Below are positions 51,801 to 58,629 of a DNA stretch of 64,000 nt, piece by piece. The notes below the pieces were generated by a model. It was not told the origin of the DNA. It ran no database searches and saw only the letters and a program-made list of their open reading frames with translations. Numbering within the stretch: the first letter of the stretch is position 1; every line of letters begins with the position of its first letter. The stretch covers positions 29,612 through 93,611 of IMG/VR virus record IMGVR_UViG_3300035670_000099; one strand, 5' to 3'. A program made the position numbers and the translations under genes. Source of the DNA: a virus.

Positions 51801-54800
51801 GCAATTAATTTTTTCTGATTAAAAACAAAATCTATAATTTTATTTTCAGTTTGTCCTAATCCTTTAAGTTCATTCTCAAATGCTTCTAAAACATCTAAAG
51901 CATCACTAGGATTAAGTTTGTCTAAATATATTTTTTGGAATTTAAGTATTACTGTTTTTGTTTTATTGATTATTTTTTCAATATTGCCTTTATAACTTCC
52001 GGATGTATCTTCTTTAGATAATTCAACAGCATTATCAATTATTGACGCAAATGATTTTGCCCATTTTATTACATCTTGTAAAATTATATTTTTATCTGTT
52101 ATAGAAGCATTAAGTATTGTTTCTAACTCTTTTAAGCTTTTTGCTGTTAAAGAATTAGCTTGTTTTTCTAATTCTGCAATTCTTTCATTAATATTTTCAA
52201 CCTCATTACTTTCCAAAGACATTTCTATCTGTGGGTTAGGTTGTTGAGTAACAATAAATTGTTTTTTAGACTCAGTTGATTTAGATGAATCGATTGTTTT
52301 TTTAGATAATTGGGATGAATCTTGCGTAACATTAGCATACTCTAATTGTTTAATTTGTGGTAATTCAATTTTTATATTATTAACTTTTTTAGCTGCTGCT
52401 TCTAATTTTTCCAAAGATTCCGTTAATTGTTTTATTAAATTATTTAAATTACTAAAGCTTTCTAAATTATATTTAATATTAATTTCATTATTATTTAAGC
52501 ATTTTTGAGTATCTTTAGCTGCCTCACAAATTAAATGAATATTATCCGCAATTTCCTTAGAATTAGTGCCAACAGATAATTTAAAGTTAAATTCATTTAA
52601 TGCTTGTTTAATTAAATTTAAAGATTCGTTGACAGAATTTAACAAACTTGCATCATCAATTTTTATTTCAGCTTTTAATAAATTAAGTTTTTTGTTAATT
52701 TTTTCTGCTAAATCATCAGCCGCAAAAGGAACTGATTTTAATGATTCTTCAAATTTACTTAAATCTACATTGATTTCAATTAAATTTACAGTATTAAAGT
52801 TTTCTAATATTAAATTAGAGATTTTTCTAAGATCTCCAGCTAAAGACTCTGCTTCTTTAACAGTTATCTCTATTTCATAATTTTTGTCAAAGTTGCTAAG
52901 ATTTTGAATTACATTAGATGTTAATTCTTGCAATTGTCTAAAAGAATCAATATTCTTGATATCAAGACTTAGATTCTCAAATTGATTTAAAAGATTTTTT
53001 AGAGATTCTATATTTCTAGCTATAGTAGTAGAATCATTTACAAATGTCTTGAGATCAGTCAAATAACTCTTGACTTGATTCATCCCTTGAGTAAAATTAA
53101 CTAAAGATGCGTCAACGTCTGCTAAATTAGATTTTACTTGTTCTTTTTGTGTTGAAGTGCCTGTTGATTCATTTAATGCTTGGTGTCCAGAAATTACATT
53201 TCTAACATTATCTGCAAGTGATGTTATTTCTTTCAATTTTTCAATTATTTGATTTGCTTGAATTAAGAAATTACTAGTATCATCAAGCATTCCAATTTTA
53301 ACTTTACTTAAATCAGAAATAGATATTATACTTTCCCTAAGTTCTTCTAACTTAGCTATAAAATCATCTACTACTGGAATGCCTTTTAAATCTATATTTA
53401 TGTCAGAATCGAAAGTATTCTTAATGCTTTTTGCGGTATTATCTAATAATTGTAAAATTTCACTTAAATTATTTAAATCTGGAGTTTGATTAATTACAAT
53501 ATTTAAAGGAGTTTTTAAATTAGCAGTTAAACTTTTAACATTTTTATCAATTTCTTTTACTGCTTCATTAACAGACTGTAAATGCGTTGTTATACTTGTT
53601 TGATTTACAGCTTCCAAATCTAATTTATATTGGCGTAATGCTTCCCCTATAGCTGATATACTAGAAGTCACTTTTTGTGCTGATTGTTCATCTACTCCAA
53701 ATACAACTTTATTATCTAAAACACATTGATTATTTTCTTTTACTACTTCACAAATACTGTTAACTTGGTTAATTATTTCATTTAAATTTTGCAAATTAAC
53801 ATTAATAGATAAAATATTATTGTTTAAAATACTCTGTAAATTTGTCAATAACTCTGTCAATCTTTCGATAGCAGATTGCCTATTGATTTGAAAATCTAAA
53901 TTAATTGATTGATTATTTGTTGCTTCTTCAATATTTAAATTTTGGAGGCTATTAATTTTTTGCTGTATATTTTCTGTTAAAGTATTGATTTGATTAGCAT
54001 TAATTTTTACATTAAATTCTTCTGCTAATTTATTTTTTAAATTATCTAATACTTGAATTAAATTGTTTAAACTATTTTGAGATCTGTCAGCAGAGGATTG
54101 AATATGTCCTAAAGACTCAACGGCATTTCCTATCTGTAAATTCAAAACTTTGCTATTAACAACTTGAGTAACAGAATCAAGTAAAGAATTAACTTCATTT
54201 AATACTGTATTTGAAACATTAAAATCAATAACAACTTTATTATCATTTTTATTTATTTCATCTTGGCATTCTTTAATAATTGCTTTAATTTGAGATTCGG
54301 CAGCAGAATTAACTGCAACTTGTATAGTAATGTTTCCACTAATTTGTAAAGAATTTAATGTTGCTACTAAAGCATTAATTTGCTCTCTAAGAGCATTTGG
54401 ATTATCTCCACTAAAAGAAATATTAATACTAGATAAATTATTTTGGTTAAGTTGAATTATTGCATTAATTAAATTGTTAACAGATTCAATCCCGCCAGAA
54501 ATTTGAGTATCATCTAATTCTGGAACAGCTATTTTTATAGCAGAAAGTGCATCAGCGCCTTCTCTTAATTGATCAGAAATAATTTGAATTTTTGAAGTAA
54601 TATTTACTTCATCTAAATTGGTTAAATCAATTTTAGCAATAAATACATTAGAATTAGCAGATTCTATTGCTTGCTTATATGTATCTAATTTTAATATTAT
54701 ATTGTTTATTAACAAATCTAAAGAAGAGATTGAATTATCGTCAAAATTTATTTTAAATACATTATCGTTTAAATACTTTTTAATTCCTTTTATTGATTCA

Positions 54801-57800
54801 AGTATTTTAGTAATCTGCTCAATTGCTTCTTCAGGATTATTTACAGATATATTATATTCTAAATCATTGTCATCAATTAATTCTTGTAGATTATTTAAAA
54901 GATTTAAAAGTGCTGCCCTAGCATTTTCTGATTCAGGATTAAGTTGTACATTCAATGCTTGCAATTGAATGTTATCCAATACATCACTAACAGCGTTTAA
55001 AGGATTATTTATTTCTGTAGTAATATTAATTTTTTTATCATTAATTTCTTGAATTTTATTATTTACAAAATTACTAAAATCGTTAATTTTATTTTCTGCT
55101 GCTTTTAAAGATTCTTCAAAATTTTCATTATTAACATCTAAGTTAGAAATAATATTAAATAATACTGGAACAGATGCACTTGCTTTTAATTCATTAATTT
55201 TTTGAGTAGCATTTTCTATTGCTTTAATACTAGATACTAACTCTGTAGTATCAATAGATAAATTATTTTTTAAATTATTTATTTTAATTAAAATTTCATC
55301 AATTTTTAAAATTAAATTTTCATAATCAGAAAAATTAACATCTATATTATATTCTAAATCTAAAATTTGTTTAAGATCGTTTAATATTTTTGTTAAACTA
55401 GCAATTTTTTTATTATTTTCTTCAACAGCATTAGCATTAGCAGTAGCAGTAGCGGTAAAATTAGAAAAGTCACCATCGACAAAAGCAGCAATTCTTATAT
55501 CAGAAAGATCCGCAATAGTTCTTTGAATAAGAGATTTAAAACTTTCTAAGTTAGCTATAGAAAGAGTAATTCCTACAGGAGTTTTTTGTAATTCAGATCT
55601 AAATCTGTTAACTATATCTTGAGATTGCTCTAAAACATCAGCAGAAAGGTATGCTCTAATTTCTACAACTCCACTTAAAGCTAATCCAGCTAAGCTATTA
55701 TTGATTTGTTCAATATTTTCAGAATAATTAGATATATCAGATCTAAAGAAAATATTAATTTCTACTGTTTTATTATTATTTAAATTCTCAATAGTTTCTG
55801 TTAAATTATCAATGGATTGTTTAGTAGAATCTAAATTTTCTGTATTAACAGGTCTTATATTAAGTGTAATATTTTCCAGCTCTTGTTTTTTTGCTTTTAC
55901 AACTTCACATACTTCGTTAATAGCATTAGAAATATTATCTTTATCAATTTCATTAAGATTTATTCTTACAACTAAAGTATTGCTATCTAAATACTGCTGA
56001 GTCTGTTCTACTTGATTACGTACTTCAGAAGTATTGATTTCTATTGGTTTATTATTAATTTCTGTATTAATTTCATCTATTTTAGATTCGATACTATTTT
56101 TAAATGTATTCAAAGAATTTAATAAATCAGCACCAATATCTTCTGAAGCATTAATGTTGATGCTTTGAGTTTTAGTAGATTGCAGTAATTCTAAAGAATT
56201 TATTACATTATTTATTTGTTCAACAATTTGATTTAAATTTTGATTCTGTGTTGTTATCGAAATTTCTACATCTTTAACTTCAATAAGTTGATTTAATAGA
56301 TTTCTTAAATTATTAATATCTTCAATCAAGGAAGAAGTATTTAATTCATTTATATTAAGATTGATAGAATTATTAGAAAAATATTCAATAGCATCATTTA
56401 GGATATTCTTAACTCCTCCTAACTCAGTAACTAATTTTTGCGCATTAACGTCAAAATCAACAGTAGTTTTTTGATTATCAACTTCGCTAGATTGAGTAGG
56501 AGTAGCATTTAATGATTTTAATTTAACTTGTATATTTTCTATTGCAGTATCTAATTGAGATATAGCATTTTCGATTGAACTTTGATTTATCGATAAAGAT
56601 ATTTCATTATCTAATTTTCCTTTAATTTCATCTAACTTTGTGCTTAAATTATTTATAGAAGTTTGAGCTAAATTACTATCATTAGAAGTGTCATTTAATG
56701 CTGCATTTAATTTATTTATTTCCTCTTCAACTTGAATAATAATATTTCTTAATGAATTTAAGTTATTTGATATATTGTTTATATTTACGTAAGATTCTTC
56801 TGATATATTAAATTGAATTTGTTTTTCTGATAAATTATTTAAAATACCATTTAAATTATTAACAATATCGCTAAAACTATCTTCTAATTCTTTTAATTTG
56901 TTTTTAATATTAGTAACAACAGCTAAATCTGCATTATCTGAAACTTCACTAAAAATAGTAGCAAAACTTGTTTTTATTTCTTGAATATCATTTCTTAAAA
57001 TATTAATAAAATCATTATTTATTTGTATTTGAATAGTTTTATCATTTGTTGAAATAGCTTCATCAAGGTTAAGATTGCTTAAATTATAAACAATATTTAC
57101 TGCGTGAGGATTTTGTTTTATTGCATTTATTCTTTGCTCTATATTTGTTAAATTAGTATCATTTACCTTAATATCTAATATTAAATTATTAACAATATTA
57201 AAAATATTTGTTAAATCTTGTATAAGTTTCTTTACATTAGCCTGCGAATCTGGATTTATTTGTAAAGAAATCGCCGAAGAACTGTAATGCGCTATTAAAT
57301 TATTTAGATCGTTTTTTAAGCCTGATAAATTATTTTTTAAATTATTGATATTATCTAAATTTACAACAGGAGTAATTCTACCAGAATCAAAAGTATTTAT
57401 TGTTTCCAATAAAACGTTTTCGGCTTTTTCTAAATCATCTTTTATTTCTTCAATATTAGATGAATCAATTAAAACTTTTGCTTCAATTGTTTTATCTTTG
57501 GAACCAGAAGATTGAGATTCTCCTTTTCCTTGGATAATAGCTTTTCCTCCTGTAAAGACTCTTCTTAGTCTTTCTATTGATGTATTTATGCCAGATCTAA
57601 TAGCTGGTCCAAGACTTTGCGTTATTTGCCCTAATTTGCCAAAGCTATTTAAAAGCAAATTAGGAAGTTGATTTAATCCTAGCGAATTTGCATTTCCTTC
57701 TCTATTTTCTTTGCTAGAACGATTAGATGCAGTTTTTTCTTTATTGCGTTCAACAATACTACTAGTAACTTGCGACGTGTTAGATGATTTAGTTGTTACA

Positions 57801-58585
57801 TTTTGCTGAATATTAATATTTTGTTTTTCTGTAAATGCTCTGCGCAATGCATTACTAGTAGACGATTTAATAACTGATTCAATTGCTGACGATGTATTTG
57901 TTAACCCATTTCTAATTCCTTCCGTTAATCCTAACTCAATTGATAAAGAGACTAATTGTTTTGTTTTTTCTACGCTATTTTTATCAATTAAAAAAGATAC
58001 TGGTATTTCATAAGAATTAGAAGTTAAATCATCTAATTGTTTATTTAAATTATCTAATGCAGAAGAATCAACTCTAGGCTTAATAGGATTTGAAGCAAAA
58101 TAATTATTAACTTCTTTAGAATGTTGTACTTTTTTGTCTAAATGTTGATTTAAATCATCTAATTCAGAATCGTCTACAGTTGCCTTAACTGCAACGAGAG
58201 AGCCTAACAAAGTAAATGATCTTATTCTTTTTTCTAAATTATTTAATTCAGAATCATCTACATTTACTTCGATATTAACAATTTTGTTTATCAAAGCAAG
58301 CGACTTTATTCTTTTTTCTAAATTATTTAATTCAGAATCATTTACTTTTATTTTTATTGAATTGTCGTTATAATATTTAATAGTTGTATCTAAATGCTTT
58401 TCTGCGGTTTTTAATTCTTTTGCTAAATTATTAAAGCTTGCTTTATTTGCAGAAATATTAGCTTCTAAATCTAATCCAAGAGAATCTTTAGATTTACTTA
58501 TATTTGATTGAATATCTTTAATTTGTTTTTGAAAATTACTTGTATCTAATGACAGCTTAACAATTAATTCACCTAATGTAGTCAT
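39878..58585 (-). CDS. Giant tape measure protein (6235 aa) with internal JAB-like cassette
   Basis: N-term MTTLGELIVKLSLDTSNF; tape-measure motif QILAKGKLSMEELRQQLGEKFP near 46560; hydrophobic region ~45650-46350; gpH-like C-term YAGGG..LTPGERVL..FASGG..QRQGGIL. Confidence 0.9.
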   Translation of the reverse strand: MTTLGELIVKLSLDTSNFQKQIKDIQSNISKSKDSLGLDLEANISANKASFNNLAKELKTAEKHLDTTIKYYNDNSIKIKVNDSELNNLEKRIKSLALINKIVNIEVNVDDSELNNLEKRIRSFTLLGSLVAVKATVDDSELDDLNQHLDKKVQHSKEVNNYFASNPIKPRVDSSALDNLNKQLDDLTSNSYEIPVSFLIDKNSVEKTKQLVSLSIELGLTEGIRNGLTNTSSAIESVIKSSTSNALRRAFTEKQNINIQQNVTTKSSNTSQVTSSIVERNKEKTASNRSSKENREGNANSLGLNQLPNLLLNSFGKLGQITQSLGPAIRSGINTSIERLRRVFTGGKAIIQGKGESQSSGSKDKTIEAKVLIDSSNIEEIKDDLEKAENVLLETINTFDSGRITPVVNLDNINNLKNNLSGLKNDLNNLIAHYSSSAISLQINPDSQANVKKLIQDLTNIFNIVNNLILDIKVNDTNLTNIEQRINAIKQNPHAVNIVYNLSNLNLDEAISTNDKTIQIQINNDFINILRNDIQEIKTSFATIFSEVSDNADLAVVTNIKNKLKELEDSFSDIVNNLNGILNNLSEKQIQFNISEESYVNINNISNNLNSLRNIIIQVEEEINKLNAALNDTSNDSNLAQTSINNLSTKLDEIKGKLDNEISLSINQSSIENAISQLDTAIENIQVKLKSLNATPTQSSEVDNQKTTVDFDVNAQKLVTELGGVKNILNDAIEYFSNNSINLNINELNTSSLIEDINNLRNLLNQLIEVKDVEISITTQNQNLNQIVEQINNVINSLELLQSTKTQSININASEDIGADLLNSLNTFKNSIESKIDEINTEINNKPIEINTSEVRNQVEQTQQYLDSNTLVVRINLNEIDKDNISNAINEVCEVVKAKKQELENITLNIRPVNTENLDSTKQSIDNLTETIENLNNNKTVEINIFFRSDISNYSENIEQINNSLAGLALSGVVEIRAYLSADVLEQSQDIVNRFRSELQKTPVGITLSIANLESFKSLIQRTIADLSDIRIAAFVDGDFSNFTATATANANAVEENNKKIASLTKILNDLKQILDLEYNIDVNFSDYENLILKIDEILIKINNLKNNLSIDTTELVSSIKAIENATQKINELKASASVPVLFNIISNLDVNNENFEESLKAAENKINDFSNFVNNKIQEINDKKINITTEINNPLNAVSDVLDNIQLQALNVQLNPESENARAALLNLLNNLQELIDDNDLEYNISVNNPEEAIEQITKILESIKGIKKYLNDNVFKINFDDNSISSLDLLINNIILKLDTYKQAIESANSNVFIAKIDLTNLDEVNITSKIQIISDQLREGADALSAIKIAVPELDDTQISGGIESVNNLINAIIQLNQNNLSSINISFSGDNPNALREQINALVATLNSLQISGNITIQVAVNSAAESQIKAIIKECQDEINKNDNKVVIDFNVSNTVLNEVNSLLDSVTQVVNSKVLNLQIGNAVESLGHIQSSADRSQNSLNNLIQVLDNLKNKLAEEFNVKINANQINTLTENIQQKINSLQNLNIEEATNNQSINLDFQINRQSAIERLTELLTNLQSILNNNILSINVNLQNLNEIINQVNSICEVVKENNQCVLDNKVVFGVDEQSAQKVTSSISAIGEALRQYKLDLEAVNQTSITTHLQSVNEAVKEIDKNVKSLTANLKTPLNIVINQTPDLNNLSEILQLLDNTAKSIKNTFDSDINIDLKGIPVVDDFIAKLEELRESIISISDLSKVKIGMLDDTSNFLIQANQIIEKLKEITSLADNVRNVISGHQALNESTGTSTQKEQVKSNLADVDASLVNFTQGMNQVKSYLTDLKTFVNDSTTIARNIESLKNLLNQFENLSLDIKNIDSFRQLQELTSNVIQNLSNFDKNYEIEITVKEAESLAGDLRKISNLILENFNTVNLIEINVDLSKFEESLKSVPFAADDLAEKINKKLNLLKAEIKIDDASLLNSVNESLNLIKQALNEFNFKLSVGTNSKEIADNIHLICEAAKDTQKCLNNNEINIKYNLESFSNLNNLIKQLTESLEKLEAAAKKVNNIKIELPQIKQLEYANVTQDSSQLSKKTIDSSKSTESKKQFIVTQQPNPQIEMSLESNEVENINERIAELEKQANSLTAKSLKELETILNASITDKNIILQDVIKWAKSFASIIDNAVELSKEDTSGSYKGNIEKIINKTKTVILKFQKIYLDKLNPSDALDVLEAFENELKGLGQTENKIIDFVFNQKKLIASINKIASKLPTTNSSTRLDDILNQSLNLKNIAKSINPTKPENLATKYKEKLTKIQQEIIESIQKTGGVDPATINESINKALNAIEKTITNKIANSGKKIDTSFIDTFKQELINNVSDANKAISSQGLDFIYNYIKNTANVASMQDADIPSTPNQQFLQDDFIKITNLYKEVNDTFIQQIKEILPKIQSLNIDAEVFALLKTLSKYIKDNVLDVKNKLESTSESYKTAYSSTPQQSRQINQSKASAIEGIDDSYKNVGKNIVDTFESQIALLDDESIKDEFKKVLQGIKDVFGIASPAKKIIEVAVNITKTFFDSIKNGFKAGRLIIDNIIQGLFRQFGEIKDIPDHLFDLNIAKPELGEFRKLEDYIEIYKHLREELLTDENQKRELDDYSKAGKLNFINPRQNLDKIQNPYNSKKIDDIRNEKLEDVIGIIMNSRGQIIEEFNIAKERSEKYVQFDSDKLFLKIYEAARKSNDKIFYSVAHNHPNFAKKGYAPRNSVITSQQDHNSIGLMKILLQLSAKIKRSEGHKPIHMKPLPEIVVAGKGTALFDGKDSWIPAITSNLKRFEKIYSQEELDKLYKQFQSDFDFYFKTLIKKYKDNDELLVDIKELREKMSLYSRKEFNNLLAKMYKDKLVNFKELEKSGIHDAGARTNYLLQVTTAPVNPKVGKDGKRNLASERTGIAEAVQLTPKAIKQNLIQNPIDYVIDDSYKNIGKNIVDTFESQIASIDNQVIKNAFEGVLKIIKKVFGIASPSTELRDVGYNVVHSYSNSVVAELAVVTHAIGKAFLNTINPSIIIKKAKETGEKVAEIREEIKKLEDKRLEKQGELESELTGLREEKIRVESISHDTSSAVLEKQASKNKKIKETEKAVSKLNEEKARIEGLTVFSEVKKKERDREIENQKKIARQPISDLEKERREISANKKLNEEDKKERIQSINQKIREKSLEVEKEIQKLEEQKQLSISEKDKTAKIEKINKQIKQKELESKKELLRLDKEITALKKNETTAEESKKKELERLDKEIAKKEAELNSMNERVNKEILKKQNQIRFNDTEALERKKESKKDEKESIKAENEDKIIDLKRKNEQLEFLKTDVTSKERRGYKKELEGYEKERKETEKKLHLELSTGNKAELRELLEFEESSFDPDTAKIENLKEKIKLIENLEAELDNIEEEIKKVNAKNERNFTVKEEKELDENIENLINKLRELKENKKIKNKNFDEFINNEIKKLEDEDRILEEEFGRTLPEDIEERKEIQEKRDKLVEKMNRLDFDERRRGYTKEQKTRDDKEIKQTQAELKSLQNERTNRQKGKIGKEQKQKYEEQIKENKASIARLEEEIKQAEKEAMQAEKDYQNASRIDKFAKLSETYGKELDNIQDKVNAIKNTEEELIDKRKEAALKLKDLSDYEKDIIQGSDQKASAEMIQSLRARSEALNNEITKEENKAKKKIEELKNQKNKLEKELDKKIKKEQKFDIKAEFSQYTQQNIRKEIKAIIEHPDLSEEEKEIKLRNFKILLEGGQVEIEQYTDPIESEETKINLVTTEDYTEFQAISAPDASVHSEIVDDIKEASLPDPEKLSEGINKLTEINGLAKIAGEEFHNAISPLIELGNTIDDTFSPLTNVFYNISDFMSILTDKIIALGEEIIKLEPSLRKINSIVGEAKSGKEIDFAINASKQYNVSISDGLEAYGQLLAAAQNTKLEGQGIQDLYKGIASSINALGITGKDVTYILLAYTQILAKGKLSMEELRQQLGEKFPPAMEIFAQAIGKTIPELIDLTSQGAILSADILPNVGKILRARYEGSAQNASGLAITLTKLQNIGTEAVLHIIDSFELLIGIIPKAIINIADSFSILTNAIKGVTSAAIILSIAIAGIALLIAPAIFSGITASLAASTSLKGVIAVLQTSFPSTFKIIGIASGAAFHNGLNEFFGGRNPLKIITNAFSFISEYLSISLKPVLNTFKEFAKSISPVFSFLGGAFKGIFTVTAVHTIIQFLSKMASIILSQAIPAVIKLGSAFFSTFITIGLTSIKKIKISIGSLAKGAASLAITFGTLFLSAADFSVPFKEGFNDISKSIENAANAFRDFNNELKKTKGNKPNFSAYQSIPSKGFQLNPFVVIGVQGEEESYVEDERRKRINYAAHLVKSGKMSPEQLKDYYDEQVERGNLGSTYQPLTWFDKGYGSFKRQVDIGANDENKPKVYTKNQIKIAKELGMYGTIVRDTDYDALESVKMFLNNMLELKDSIEKDLFKEVEDNIKELKKYNQDKDSNFSQDKTKINKLINKQKELSEKRQKAFESNDEKEIDRIDKEYSNIEKEKQSIISRYSSKYKELENVKETLIKQKELAEKLFPGFKVGSFFDELIKKIDTFSKQYKDLLPKGAIPEIESRYTKIVSNLNKFTKAYDEYLQELEIESNEKEAEIYKNLDKGTISQSDADIQLLNLKINQLNKTFDAIDNEIKTKTQALNLLNSIPSSELGESDKERIEELQKEINKAKVDRSKASVDISKANLDLRNKIKDAKKQIEDYNLAVQKQIEDARFELRKAVIELNNRFSGKTLKLLLKGMGDNELTQLAQVVSEFITEINELALEKIQQEQKALEDARKDIEDKRKLSEAIQLLGKSANENVNAIKNFAQQSTATFKKLFEESFKELERLRKEMKFTNKQVSYIEESVDKTGKSMNRLGSGVLSLNRNLSDSVYKFALIKNYLSNIGSSKIVTISVQSNRQNTPNNNLPGNILPSIRPSHVSNPSSIQIANNNTGFNQGVKIASASLNLIGYERGNTSSSFNSSNRLNPKDYINFRKNNENEIALGFLKPKSKPLRYQAIPHDDNPTLEERLKTEEAMYNRLRNISNYRSSPINPNVEQIFLNVIQRSSYNQIVDFLNNPKYNNAKTTNYGMPEKEKRHFTLEAVKKRNEEREKLNFGDHAKNFGSRIPVIGGVIGDVVGTPLNILENYFLNKQESNRIPQHSKQIVPTLRKLNLRSVNSLDSQSILKLGNELQKAGLTSKQELVLPTNSVTLTPPIIDNLKKIGLITEKEAFNFLSYLYDKSLDDFFAPPNKTQKTKPVLDTKITEKEVFNFLSYLFDESLDDVFAPPNKTQKTRKPVPSDKTKTPLNAIITEDEKKYANRFLNNSQIEAKKLVLDIVKILQGTGTPANTASAIPVSNTAITTPANTASAIPVSNTAITIPANTASAIPVSNTTATGDPLLILVTKIISILDSATKCLCSHSNPTTGFQGSMPGLTSVSTNSTIKIPVSNQPLNISQDLVTQQQQALDAERKKQQLEDARLLRQNLEDQIKKIKDNILQEDSITNKQSEIDKITQDLDKIINNNTSFESQSIIEQSKSDLDSAKESVKKLTTEKTNLFSALKSIDAIFERYRKTIEGQVKEGLISRNDGSNLIKEMNDALQSSKSKAQERLNIINSKLPELQKKLDQARIRVNQNVSQNRKVTPDEKQKQELERALESYQRSLNQKEKELESIKQDPEKQDKILTTLNDITALKRKINDQQAEIQFLQEKIKVSLSTSGLTQDKIAEEVKKAESIRDKQKQNNNTQAIIETTLNEIQTNKDKTNLKILEAEAFGKDQTIEKLNIDLRVLDLKEKIQTAVLPQEEKDRLTRAVEGLAKIQKENLDYEQTKRFEESKIQTKLLTIQNYRNSGGNEFVANAQERDIKIKQKEKEYEKEKEDIENDPNLDDQQKKEKKEEAKAKRDAEIKEIENSAKSVVASIRDLIRNSLINDLSAGLTDVIMGVEKLDDVLNNLARNMLSGLINIAIKSLMQSLVGAGGILDSLFKSIGGIFGGNSGGEVPSANDGGEVFSQYKGGVIKNYAGGGIIQSLNEAIVREKAANGGITPVVAVLTPGERVLSVADNAKFQSMGLDKVIKNNNIESVMNYAMGGNVSNSELKVRNIMNFASGGVIPPSPGIGNINQPTTNTTVNVPITIESQDGDKSPSIDPNAMQNAIKTAVIVEIQRQQRQGGILKR
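42222..42362 (-). repeat. About 3 x 51-bp coding tandem repeat (PANTASAIPVSNTAIT) in the tape measure gene
   Basis: Units start at 42222, 42273 and 42324. Confidence 0.9.
42510..42725 (-). repeat. 2 x ~115-bp coding duplication (ITEKExFNFLSYLxDxSLDDxFAPPNKTQKT)
   Basis: Near-identical at DNA and protein level. Confidence 0.85.
49545..51055 (-). repeat. Direct repeats 1368 bp apart flanking the JAB-like cassette
   Basis: GGCTTTCAAAAGTATCTACAATATTTTTACCAA at 49633 and 51001; GGAGAAGCTATACCAAATAC at 49545 and 50913. Confidence 0.85.
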
Positions 58586-58612
58586 AATTAAACACCAATC
58601 TATATATTAAGT

Positions 58613-58619
58613 GTTGCCA
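58613..58619 (-). promoter_or_regulatory. Putative late promoter element TGGCAAC
   Basis: 34 nt upstream of the tape measure ATG. Confidence 0.5.
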
Positions 58620-58629
58620 AAACAAAATA

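Noticed and set aside
40350-56000. Many plus-strand ORFs of 60-170 aa opposite the tape measure gene
   Set aside because: Antisense shadows of a biased coding strand (Phe/Ser/Leu-rich, no RBS or motifs).
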